Below, piece by piece: positions 1 to 10,595 of a stretch of DNA of 64,000 nt. Numbering within the stretch: the first letter of the stretch is position 1; the number at the start of each line of letters is the position of its first letter. This DNA is from Octopus vulgaris. Taxonomy: Eukaryota. Below the pieces are notes generated by a model. That model worked only from the letters and a program-made list of their open reading frames with translations. It did not search any database and was not told where the DNA came from. The stretch is taken from positions 100,750,001 to 100,814,000 of the forward strand of contig OX597817.1 of assembly GCA_951406725.2 (NCBI GenBank), written 5' to 3'. Made by a program: the position numbers and the translations under genes.

Positions 1-698
1 AGCTAGTGAACATGTCGTATGCCGCGTGTTTTGTACCGCTTCATAGTTATTACTAAGTCTGCTGCTATAATTCAAGTAATGGTTATTGACATATTTATTT
101 CTGATAAAAGAATGAATAATATTTTTAAAAAGAAGCTAATAATATTTGTAATAACGTACAGTAAATAGGTCTGAAGAATTAAATTCGGGGCAATGTTTTT
201 AATAACTACATGCATCAAATACACTCTCATAGAATCAGTTAGAAACTGTTAAAGCATCTGAAAGTTAGCTGCTGTTATTACTGCTAACTGTGAGTGCAGT
301 TGCAGCAGTGAAGGCGTTAGAAACGCATCGCATTTCTGTGAATGGCAGTTAAAGGGACGGCAGCAGGAGCAGCTTATATTCACTAAATTATCGCTTGCAC
401 TTATACACTGCTTGTAGCTGCTAGAAGTCTGCGATAAAAAAAAAATATATATACAAACATATACACCCACCCACTACCCCAACGCACATATACGCAGATA
501 CATTCGCACACACAAAATCGCACGCGTACATACGCACATACACTTATAGCCATATCTATGCATCCTGACATGTGTAGCACACAATTATACACGCAGATCA
601 AAAGAAATAAATTTCTATTGCATTCTAAAATAGTCAGACAAGTTTAAAACATTTTAAATATATATGCGTATTGTTTTGATAGTGCATACACAGACACA

Positions 699-747
<49 letters not shown>

Positions 748-2249
748 ACACACACACATGAATCTGAAGGTACACGTGCTTTTACTACAGTGAATCAGCT
801 GGAACTGTCGCGCGAAATATCCAGACGGTTCTAATAATCTGCTAATAGTACACATAATGAAAATAGTTTGATAAGGTAGAATGAAAAAAAACTGAGCTGG
901 TGAGAAATACAGACAGCAGGGAAGAGAAAGGAAGAAATAAGGAGTGATAACCACATTTATCTGATATATTAAAGTGGCAGATAAACTTCGCTCCGAAATA
1001 TAAACACACACACAACCACCTGCTTCAACACAGAGAAAGACAGAAGAGAAGGAAACACAAGCATTAAATGCGAATGGATAATTCTTAGACATTAAGATTA
1101 GCAACAATAGTAGTTGGAACAGCATGGGACAGAGAGAACGAGGAAATAGTAATCAAATAGAATCAATGGACCAGTATTAAATCAGCTGATGAAAGGTAAA
1201 TATACATGTTCATTTTTATGTACTCTGTCAGAATGTATGGCGTCTGTGCCTGTTGATTGTAGCGGCATTAATAAGTAAATATTGAAGTAGTTACAACATT
1301 CATACGTGATGATAAGTTGTCGGGAAAATAAGTTCAGTACCGAGTCTCAGTCGCCAACTGGAGGTGTTTCATTTTTACTTCTGTTGCAAGCATTTTCGAG
1401 TAATGCATGAACAGTACAGCAAGCAATTCAAAATAAAATTTAAATCTTAGCTTCATGTCTATATAAGTCATTATATACATTTTAGGGGTTTCCAATCAAC
1501 TTTCAGTATTCCGATTACATGAAATGGACATCTATTGTATTATTGAAAATGTTCATACAAGAATAGTCTTTAAGTTGATATCTATTTGACTTTTTAAATT
1601 AAAAAATGGAAATTAAAAAGAATTTACATGGCTCCAAATCGATATTTAGGCAGTTCTAAGGCAGTTTATAACTTTCTTTTGTCGCTGCAGGCTTATTATC
1701 AATATATAGAGAGATCTTGGGAATTATATGTTGATGTGAAAAATATGTTGTACTGTGACACATATATATCCAATTAATAGAAATAACTAAAACAAATAAT
1801 TTAACAGATTTTGATATTAATAAAAATAGGTGGTGAAATAGCAGGAGCACGTCATCGGACTAAACGCCATCTCCTTTTGTCTAAATTGATCTCTATTAAA
1901 TAATTACCAGCAATACACTTAATTTGATTGAATTATCTGAATCCCATCCCCAACGAAATTTGGTTTTGTAATAAACTAATAAATCAATATAAAAGAGTTA
2001 CACAATTAAGCAAACTCAACTGACGGAATATTGTTATTTCATAGATATCTTACCAAACAATCCAAATATTGATGGAGAGAAAGGAATAGTTTTTCAGTAT
2101 GCATACATACATATATGCTCACACTCATAATGGCATTTACATACATAAGTACATGCATACAAAATACGTAGTACGCATATACATACATATGCACACGCAT
2201 ACACACGAATATGTACATATTCATATGTGTGAGTGTATATGTGCGTCTG

Positions 2250-2404
<155 letters not shown>

Positions 2405-2798
2405 TCTTTACTCTTTCTCTTTTACTTGTTTCAGTCATTTGACTGCGGCCATGCTGGAGCATCGCCTTTAGTCGAGCAAATCGACCCCGGGACTTATTCT
2501 TTTTGCAAGCCCAGTACTTATTCTATCGGTCTCTTTTTCCGAACCGCTAAGTGACGGGGACGTAAACACACCAGCATCGGTTGTCAAGCAATGCTAGGGG
2601 GACAAACACAGACACACAAACCTATACATATATATACATATATATATACAGTTTCCGTCTACCAAATCCACTCACAAGGCATTGGTCGGCCCGGGGCTAT
2701 AGGAGAAGACACTTGCCCAAGATTCCACGCAGTGGGACTGAACTCGGAACCATGTGGTTGGTTAGCAAGCTACTTACCACACAGCCACTCCTGCGCCT
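2405..2798 (-). mobile_element. tRNA-derived SINE (octopus OR-like), full length
   Basis: Minus strand begins AGGCGCAGGAGTGGCTGTGTGG (A-box-like), then a GTTCAGTCC B-box and a CORE-like CTTGGGCAAGT, with an internal CA/TA tract. Near-identical copy at 6359-6760. Confidence 0.9.
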
Positions 2799-2857
2799 AT
2801 ATATATATATACATACATTTATATATACATACATACATACATACATACATACATACA

Positions 2858-2893
<36 letters not shown>

Positions 2894-3640
2894 TACACCT
2901 AACTGAATGGTCAAAATGTAATGAACAATATTAGAGATACAACAAATATGAGTGGCTTGAATAGAATTAAAAACATAAGAATGATTTAATGATTTGCTAC
3001 CGGATTAAAGAGGATTGATTATCTTTAAACATCCTTAAAATATAAAAATCTTTAGAACATTTCAAACTATGTTATGTCAAATTAGAGTTACGATAATTAC
3101 AATTACCATAATTTATTATTAGATAAATATGTAAATGCACATTACATCGGCACAACAAAAATATGAATTGCTAAATGAAATATAAGGTATTTAAAACTAT
3201 GTACCGAAATAAATATACATAAATGGTTTCAAATATTGTCATCTGCAACTAGCAATGTTTCTGCAAAATATAGCGTATCATATAATATGAAACATTGATT
3301 TTGAGGGTGTTAAAGCAAGCGCTAATATTTGTCCTTTGGGTAGCAATGATTGTTTTGACATCGAGAGGATGTAAGGTAAAAGTCAAATTTGATTTGGATT
3401 CAGAACAAGCAGAAAAGAAACAAAATTCTCAAAGGTATTTCATTCGATATTCCATCGTTTCTTTCATTCTACTACATCTATATTCATACAACTGACATTG
3501 CATGGCTTACGTTGCATAATATAAATAATATACGATTTATATCATTTTGAATTATTATCTACTTGTATGCACACACAGACGTGTGTGTGCGTGTGTATAT
3601 GTACACACGCATATATATGTGTGCTTGCATGTGTGTATGC

Positions 3641-3674
<34 letters not shown>

Positions 3675-3744
3675 TTTTAGAAAAACATAAATCTAGAGAA
3701 GAAGCACACTCTAAGGAGTAGAGCAGTGTATATTATTTCCAGGC

Positions 3745-3918
3745 GAAGGCCGGTTTATGGGGTTAACCTGAGTTCCCCGTCCATAAAGGGTTTAACTTTA
3801 TGGCGTAATCATCAGATCCCCAAACCTATAGGCCAACAGTCTTGGGGTCTGACGATACGCCATAAAGTTAAACCTTTTATGGACGAGAAACCCAGAGTAA
3901 CCCCATAAACCGGCCTTC
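3745..3918. repeat. Fold-back inverted repeat (~78-bp arms, 18-bp loop) carrying hammerhead motifs
   Basis: 3745-3823 is the imperfect reverse complement of 3842-3918. Confidence 0.95.
3844..3904 (+). ncRNA. Type I hammerhead ribozyme motif
   Basis: GGGGT-CTGACGA-(CCATAAA...TTTATGG stem II)-GAAA-CCCAGAG-TA-ACCCC; perfect 5-bp stem I and intact core. Confidence 0.85.
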
Positions 3919-3940
3919 ACAAGAAAAAAAAAATATATAT

Positions 3941-4268
3941 CGTCTGGCATTCAGTCGGTTACAGCGACGAGTGTTCCACTTGATCTGATCAATAGAACAG
4001 CTTGCCCGTAAAATTAACATGCAAGTGGCCGAGCACTCTACAGACACGCATGCCCGTGATTAGTACACAGGACGATTCAGCGTGATACAAAATGTGGCAG
4101 GACTGGCCTTTTGAAATACAGGTGCTGCACATTTCTGCCAGCTGAGTGAACTGGTACATCGTGAAATAAAGTGTCTTGCTTAGAGACTCAACGCGCCACC
4201 AGATATCGAACTCATGACCTTATGATAGCGAGCGCCGAATACTCTAGCCACTTAGCCACGCACTTTCA
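3941..4268 (-). mobile_element. tRNA-derived SINE, second family, diverged
   Basis: Minus-strand head GTGGCTAAGTGG...GAGTTCGAT (A/B boxes) followed by AGCAAGACACTTTA. Confidence 0.75.
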
Positions 4269-4527
4269 TATATATACATACATGTACAAATGTAAAACAC
4301 AAACACATGCATATGTTTATATATATATATATAAACATTCCATTGTCTCGAGCACGGTCGAACAATGATGATGATGATATATATATGCTTTCGTATTTCG
4401 TATTTCATGTTGTTTACTTTTTGTGACGTCCTGTACCCATATATGCATATATATGTAAATATGTACATATATTTATGTATACATGCATATATGTATATAT
4501 CATATATCATATATATATATATATATG

Positions 4528-4612
<85 letters not shown>

Positions 4613-4615
<3 letters not shown>

Positions 4616-4795
4616 TGGCAGGGCCAGACTGCTTTTAATTCTGTTTTTTATATAAATTTTTCATCTGTCCTGCCCGCCAAATTTGGTTCTGGTGTTCGCT
4701 GAATTTTTCCTCTAGAGAATTCCCTTTGTAGTTTGATCGTTGATGATCTATTTCTAGCATTTGGCCGACTACCTAGCAGTCTGGCCCTGCCAATA
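4613..4795. mobile_element. MITE-like element with perfect terminal inverted repeats
   Basis: TA|TATTGGCAGGGCCAGACTGCT ... AGCAGTCTGGCCCTGCCAATA|TA; non-coding interior. Confidence 0.75.
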
Positions 4796-4913
4796 TACAC
4801 ATATATCAGAATTTTCTCTGACTTCTCAGATTTTTTGTATGCTGGACTACTAGTTTTAAATTGATATTAAAATTGATATTAATTTATCTCCCTCATCATA
4901 TTATATATATATA

Positions 4914-4968
<55 letters not shown>

Positions 4969-5810
4969 TGTATGTATAAAATGTGAGTACAGTCAATCAT
5001 CTAAATATATTGAAAACAGCATATTATTGGTTTCAGTCACTGGAATGCAGCCATGGTGTACAAACACTTTCAAGCGTTTAGTTGAGCGTATCGCCCTTTT
5101 TACTTGAGTCACGTGTCTATATCTATATTTAGAACAGATAAGGAAACAAAGGGATATAAATACATGATATATTAACACACACATACGCGCATATATATGC
5201 ATATACATGCATACACACAAATATGTATATACACATGCATGTCTATATATATATTCATACACATATAAATATACCTGCTGAATATAAAATTCCACTCACA
5301 AAATATTTATCAACATGAAACTTTGGTAGAAGTTCATGGCCAAGGTTCCTCGCAATGTGACTGACACCGGAAACGCATAATTGGACAGTGAACTTCATAT
5401 ACAGTCATATTAAATTAAATATGAGACTTTGAAGTCTCTAAGTTTCATATGCTGCATAGATAATCATCATGAGTCGATATAATCATAATGTGTATTTTGC
5501 ACGGTGTTATGTGAGAACAAGCGAAAGTGCCAAAATGTAATATATTTATGAGTGTTTATCTGTGTGTGTGTTTAATTAGTAAGGGATATCTCCAAACGTT
5601 TACCGGTTTGCTCACAGTTAGGTATTTAAAGTAAGATATTCAACGGTATTATAGTAAGGTCGCAATTGCAACGGGTACCAACCGATGCTGTAGAGACATA
5701 TGTAGTCTATTTAAGACTGTGTATATATAAAAAAGAATCAAAGGTAATACTAATGATACTTCATAATAATCCTTATTATATGTATATATGTATTATAAAT
5801 GCATGTATAT

Positions 5811-6297
5811 AATTTAGAGAAAAACCAGTATTAAACAATTCAATAGATAATAATAAAATCAATTCGATTCAAAATTAAATCGAACTAAAATTTATTCTAT
5901 TTAAAAATTATTTCTATTCAAAAATATTTAAAAATAATTCTATTTAAAAATATATTTTTTTAAATAGAATTATTTTTAAATAGAATTAATTTTAGTTCGA
6001 TTTACTTTTGAATCGAATTGATTTTATTATTATTATCCATTTGAAAATATAGCCATGAAACGTGCGTAGTCTTTTTACTACTGTTTAGTATTTATTGTAC
6101 TTTATTGATTTAAAATAAGGTTCTTTTTATAGTATATGTTTTCTATATGGTATGAATAACACCTTTCTTTATTGAACTGCTTAATAGTGTTTTTCTCTAA
6201 ACTATATACATATATTATATATTGTGAAATTTGATTTAAAATTGTTAAATTGAATTTTTCCCTGTAAGTATTGAAATTATATTCCCTACTATTATTA
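5811..6297. repeat. AT-rich fold-back repeat (probable PLE pseudo-LTR family) with HHR remnant
   Basis: Arms ~5846-5910 and ~5970-6037. The terminus TTTTTCCCTGTAAGT...ATTCCCTA is shared with 12376-12727 and 23685-23730. Remnant TTGAAAA..GAAA-CGTGCG-TA at 6041-6068. Confidence 0.7.
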
Positions 6298-6312
6298 TTA
6301 TATTGTATATAC

Positions 6313-6358
<46 letters not shown>

Positions 6359-6361
<3 letters not shown>

Positions 6362-6760
6362 CGCAGGAGTGGGTGTGTGGTAAGTAGCTTGCTTACCAAC
6401 CACATGGTTCCGGGTTCAGTCCCACTGCGTGGCACCTTGGGCAAGTGTCTTCTTCTATAGCCTCGGGCCGACCAAAGCCTTGTGAGTGGATTTGGTAGAC
6501 GGAAACTAAAAGAGGCCCGTCGTATATATATATATATATATATATATATGTGCGTGTGTGTTTGTGTATCTGTGTTTGTTCCCCTAGCATTGCTTGACAA
6601 CCGATGCTGGTGTATTTATATCCCCGAGACCGATAGAATAAGTACTGGGCTTACAAAGAATAAGTCCCGGGGTCGAGTTGCTCGATTAAAGGCGGTGCTC
6701 CAGCATGGCCGCAGTCAAATGACTGAAGCAAGTAAAAGAGAGAGAAAATGAGAGAGAGTA
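6359..6760 (+). mobile_element. tRNA-derived SINE (octopus OR-like), full length
   Basis: AGGCGCAGGAGTGGGTGTGTGG...GGTTCAGTCCC...CCTTGGGCAAGT; same family as 2405-2798. Confidence 0.9.
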
Positions 6761-6770
6761 TATATATATA

Positions 6771-7363
6771 ATCGTAAATATGTGGGTAATAAATTGAAAT
6801 TATTTATTACTATGCATAAATAAAAGTCATTTGATAACATATCTTTAAAAATATAAGAGTGTATAAAAGGAGACCATTTATAGGTCACTTTACATGCTAA
6901 AAAGGCCAGTTAAAAATTAAACCACGAGAAAGAGAATTCATGAGGCTCGAAAAATAAATGAATGAGTTAATCCCAAACTCGAGTTTCACTCTTAATTGCT
7001 AAATACACTAATGTGGACTGTGCAGCTCATCAGCGGAATCGCCAATTAATGAATAATTATGTAGTTGCATATACGTATCGAAAACACGTGTGCAAGGCAG
7101 CTACAAATTTATCCATATAAGCATTCGAACTAAGTGCGCGAGCGTAAATATATAGTTCAGCTGTAAATAAAGAAATTTAAAACTGTGTCCTATACATCAT
7201 CGGAATTAAATATTACTATCGTAAATAGGAGGGTAATAAATGGAAATAATTTATTACCAGTCGTTAGGTGCATAAATAAAAGTCATAAGACAACATATTT
7301 TTAATAAATTAAGCGCGTATAAAAGGAGACCATCGACAGGACTCCTTACATGTGAAAAAGGCC
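6771..7363 (-). mobile_element. Non-coding partial-tandem repeat (pLTR or retrozyme-like) with a central HHR
   Basis: Direct repeats 6771-6908 and 7218-7363 (ATCGTAAATA...AAAAAGGCCA), flanked by (TA)n. Confidence 0.7.
6969..7040 (-). ncRNA. Minimal type I hammerhead motif
   Basis: GATTCCG-CTGATGA-GCT...AGT-GAAA-CTCGAG-TT-TGGGATT; palindromic stem III, stem I with G-U pairs. Confidence 0.75.
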
Positions 7364-7366
7364 ATA

Positions 7367-7402
<36 letters not shown>

Positions 7403-7406
7403 CCAA

Positions 7407-7611
7407 TATGAGGGTGTGCTGAAAGGTTCCTGGTTTTAAGGGTATCGTGAAAGGCTTGGTTTGAGGCCCAACCTTCCGAGTTCTTTTACAGGGCTTAGAA
7501 AAACCTGAAGAGCCGCTGCAATAAGTGTATTAATCTGAGGGGAGAATTATAATTAACTGACCCTCCTGTATTCTTTTTACCCAAGCCAAGAACTTTTCAG
7601 CGCTACTCGTG
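7407..7611. mobile_element. Mariner-type MITE (~200 bp)
   Basis: TIRs TATGAGGGTGTGCTGAAAGGTTCCTGG / CCAAGAACTTTTCAGCGCTACTCGT, resembling the TIRs of the mariner at 58960-60231. Confidence 0.8.
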
Positions 7612-7659
7612 TATGTATATGTATATATGTGCGGGCGCATGTATGTGTGTGTGTGCGCG

Positions 7660-8320
7660 AGTGTGTGAAAAATTATTAACAAAGGCAAAGTTTGACCTTA
7701 GCAACAAAGACCAATCATTCACTGTATCTAAATGTAATGATAGTCGATGTAGCACATGCCAATTCATACATACCGGCCAATATATGAACATAAAAGCCGG
7801 AAAAATATTCACAAATGCAAATAGGAACTGCAAAAGCAGAAATTTAATTTACTGCATCAAATGCTCGAACTGTGAAGAACTATATGTGGGGCAAACTGGA
7901 AATGCACTATCAAAACGTTTACGTGTGCACCGACAGCAAATTAGAGGCCCAGATGTCCGTCAGATACATTTGAGTAACCATCTAGCAACATGTGGTCGAA
8001 AAATATTTATAATATTTCTATTCTACAAACTACACATTGCAAGTGAAATTGGAAGAAAAATCAGAGAAAAGAACTTTATTAATAAATTCCAACCCAAGCT
8101 AAATAAACAATAATACTAATACTTAGGGGTTATATTTCTACTGCTACGACCACTACCACTAACGACAACAATACTAAAGGTGCTCATGATGACAATAGCA
8201 GGAAACTTCTAGCTAAGTCAAGAGAAAAGTAAGTAAAAATAATCTTATTTTGGGGTTTAAAGTTCTATTACTACAGCTACTCCTACCACCACCACCACCA
8301 CCACCACCACCACCACCACC

Positions 8321-8352
<32 letters not shown>

Positions 8353-8904
8353 CAACAACAATAACAACAACAACAACTTCGACAACAATAATAAAGGAGA
8401 TGATAACGGTGATGATGATAATTGAAATGTAAAAATCCCCGAAAAATGTTGTTTACAACATTTCTAAAGATAACCCAACAATTACTGCTTTGGCCAGGGA
8501 AAAAATATAGGTTTCTTGACATGTTCAACAAACCGTGACGCTGAAACCTAACACTAATCAACTTAAATAATTTAGTGAAGTCACACACTGATTGGTCAGA
8601 ATACAGTTTGCAAAAATTAACTTTCTGGAGTCTATGCAAATGTACTTAAGGCACACAGTTTAGCCATCTCACCAGAGTTGTAAATTGCAAAACATAACTT
8701 TCCCCGCTACTACATGAACCTGAAGATTGCATAGTTTAATGCATGAAAGTACTGGTTCAATCAGGATGGACATTTAATATTCTATCATTTCGTTATAGTA
8801 TATTATCTTATATTATATTGTTATAAGATTGTAAATAAAACGTGAAAATCAAAGTTAGAATTTCTTTGAGTAATATATCCTTCTAAAAACAATCATACAA
8901 ACCC

Positions 8905-8905
<1 letters not shown>
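7660..8905 (+). mobile_element. 5'-truncated Penelope-like element: GIY-YIG endonuclease (to 8113) plus 3' pseudo-LTR
   Basis: C-x4-C-x2-C linker, NLIYCIKCSNCEELYVGQT...R...H...E...LN; shares protein and 3' terminus (ACAATCATACAAACCC) with 26343-27285. Confidence 0.92.
8715..8759 (+). ncRNA. Minimal type I hammerhead-like motif with a non-canonical cleavage triplet
   Basis: TGAAC-CTGAAGA-TTGCAT..ATGCAT-GAAA-GTAC-TG-GTTCA; lies in the PLE 3' region. Confidence 0.7.
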
Positions 8906-8964
<59 letters not shown>

Positions 8965-8969
<5 letters not shown>

Positions 8970-9797
8970 ATATATAAATATATGCCTATATACCTACATA
9001 TGTATGTATATATACATGCATATATAGGTACAGGACATAAAAAAATGTTGAACACAATGAGAAACGAAAACATAAAAACAAACTTAGAAACGAACTTTTT
9101 TCGAACAACGAAAAAAAAAACATAGAGAAACGAGACATACAACATAGAGAATATTCCTCTTCTTCAGTTGTCCCTATTTCATCTACTCCACGTTCGAAGG
9201 CAAGGAGAAGACGCGACTTCGTTGAAACAGTCCTTTCCGCAAAGCAAATTTAATAAAATTTGGAATTTTTTGCGGAGGGTGAAAGTGCTAACAAGAACAG
9301 GGCAGTGAGAACAAAACAGTAAAAACAAACGGTGAGGATTGTCAAGTCGAGACGATTAAAAAATATTTTGAACGCGAGGAAGACGAGCTTATGAAGGAGA
9401 CAGTATAAGCACGTTTTTTCTTTTCGAAGGTTGTGGACAGAAGGACACATTATCTTTCGTCACGAGTCAGCGACGAGAGAATTGAGGAGGAGGATAGTAA
9501 AGGTAGAAGAGTGCGCATCGTAATTATTAAAATAAAACTTACTTGGAAAAGGATGTGTGGCGTTCGATCATATAATAATATATATAATATATAAATATAT
9601 GCCTATATACATATATATATACATACCTACATATATATGTATATATACATGCATATATGGGTACGGGACATAAAAAACGTTGAACACAATGAGAAACGAA
9701 AACATAAAAACAAACACATAGAAACGAGATATACAACATAAAGCATATTCCCCTTCTTCAGTTGTCCCTGTTTCATCTACTCCACGTTTCGAAGGCG
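8965..9797 (-). mobile_element. Partial-tandem non-coding repeat carrying the reversed-order hammerhead-like motif
   Basis: Direct repeats ~8965-9200 and ~9585-9797; related ends at 4380-4445 and 63700-63870. Confidence 0.75.
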
Positions 9798-9875
9798 TAT
9801 ATATGTATATATATATGCATATATATATAAGTATGAATATATATATATATATTTTTTTTTCTTTCTTGTTTGGAT

Positions 9876-9927
<52 letters not shown>

Positions 9928-9942
9928 CTTGTTTGGATTAAC

Positions 9943-9973
<31 letters not shown>

Positions 9974-9988
9974 TTTTCTTGTTTGGAT

Positions 9989-10027
<39 letters not shown>

Positions 10028-10147
10028 GAGGGTACTATTATTCATAGGTACCGCACGCTAGGATGACTCTTGCAGTCAAAACTACTAAAATAAACAAATT
10101 GTACCGAATGCAAAACTTCAAAGCAAGTCATTTAAAAACAGAATTTA

Positions 10148-10211
10148 GTTACATATCACCTGTGATTTCGCAATCAATGCAGAATATGCATTCTATGCTC
10201 TTCAGTGCAAC
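10148..10211 (-). ncRNA. Type I hammerhead ribozyme motif, apparently intact
   Basis: GTTGCA-CTGAAGA-GCA...TGC-GAAA-TCAC(AG)GTGA-TA-TGTAAC; all core residues and three stems present. Confidence 0.88.
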
Positions 10212-10362
10212 GAACTCAAGGCATGTAAGGAAAAAGCACAATATAGCATACCCGACAGCCAACCGTAGAATTCGTCGTAGCATGTACGAATGTTTATCTT
10301 TACATATCTATGAAAATGGCGGGCTTATTCGCAATGCATTTCGGTACAATCTGCCTATTTAA

Positions 10363-10418
<56 letters not shown>

Positions 10419-10516
10419 GTCATAATGTATTTATATATGTTTGTATTATATGCGTACATACACATATATATGTATATATGTATATGTATGTATTTATGTA
10501 TGTGTCCCTCCCGTTA

Positions 10517-10595
<79 letters not shown>

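Noticed and set aside
760-1200. Possible host exon ending at AAG|GTAAAT (~1195)
   Set aside because: No recognisable protein or splice acceptor; cannot be supported without transcripts.
6359-6430. tRNA gene-like A/B boxes
   Set aside because: They are SINE heads that continue into SINE body sequence and recur in several copies.
8250-8639. Poly-Pro/Thr and poly-Trp/Cys ORFs
   Set aside because: They come from (CCA)n/(CAA)n tracts inside a PLE 3' region.
9155-9232. Twister ribozyme or SECIS interpretation of the structured motif
   Set aside because: It lacks the twister UAA and P4-loop consensus and the SECIS AUGA/GA core; hammerhead core residues fit better.
9855-10020. CRISPR-like repeat-spacer pattern
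   Set aside because: The spacers are pure (TA)n, the context is eukaryotic and there are no cas genes.
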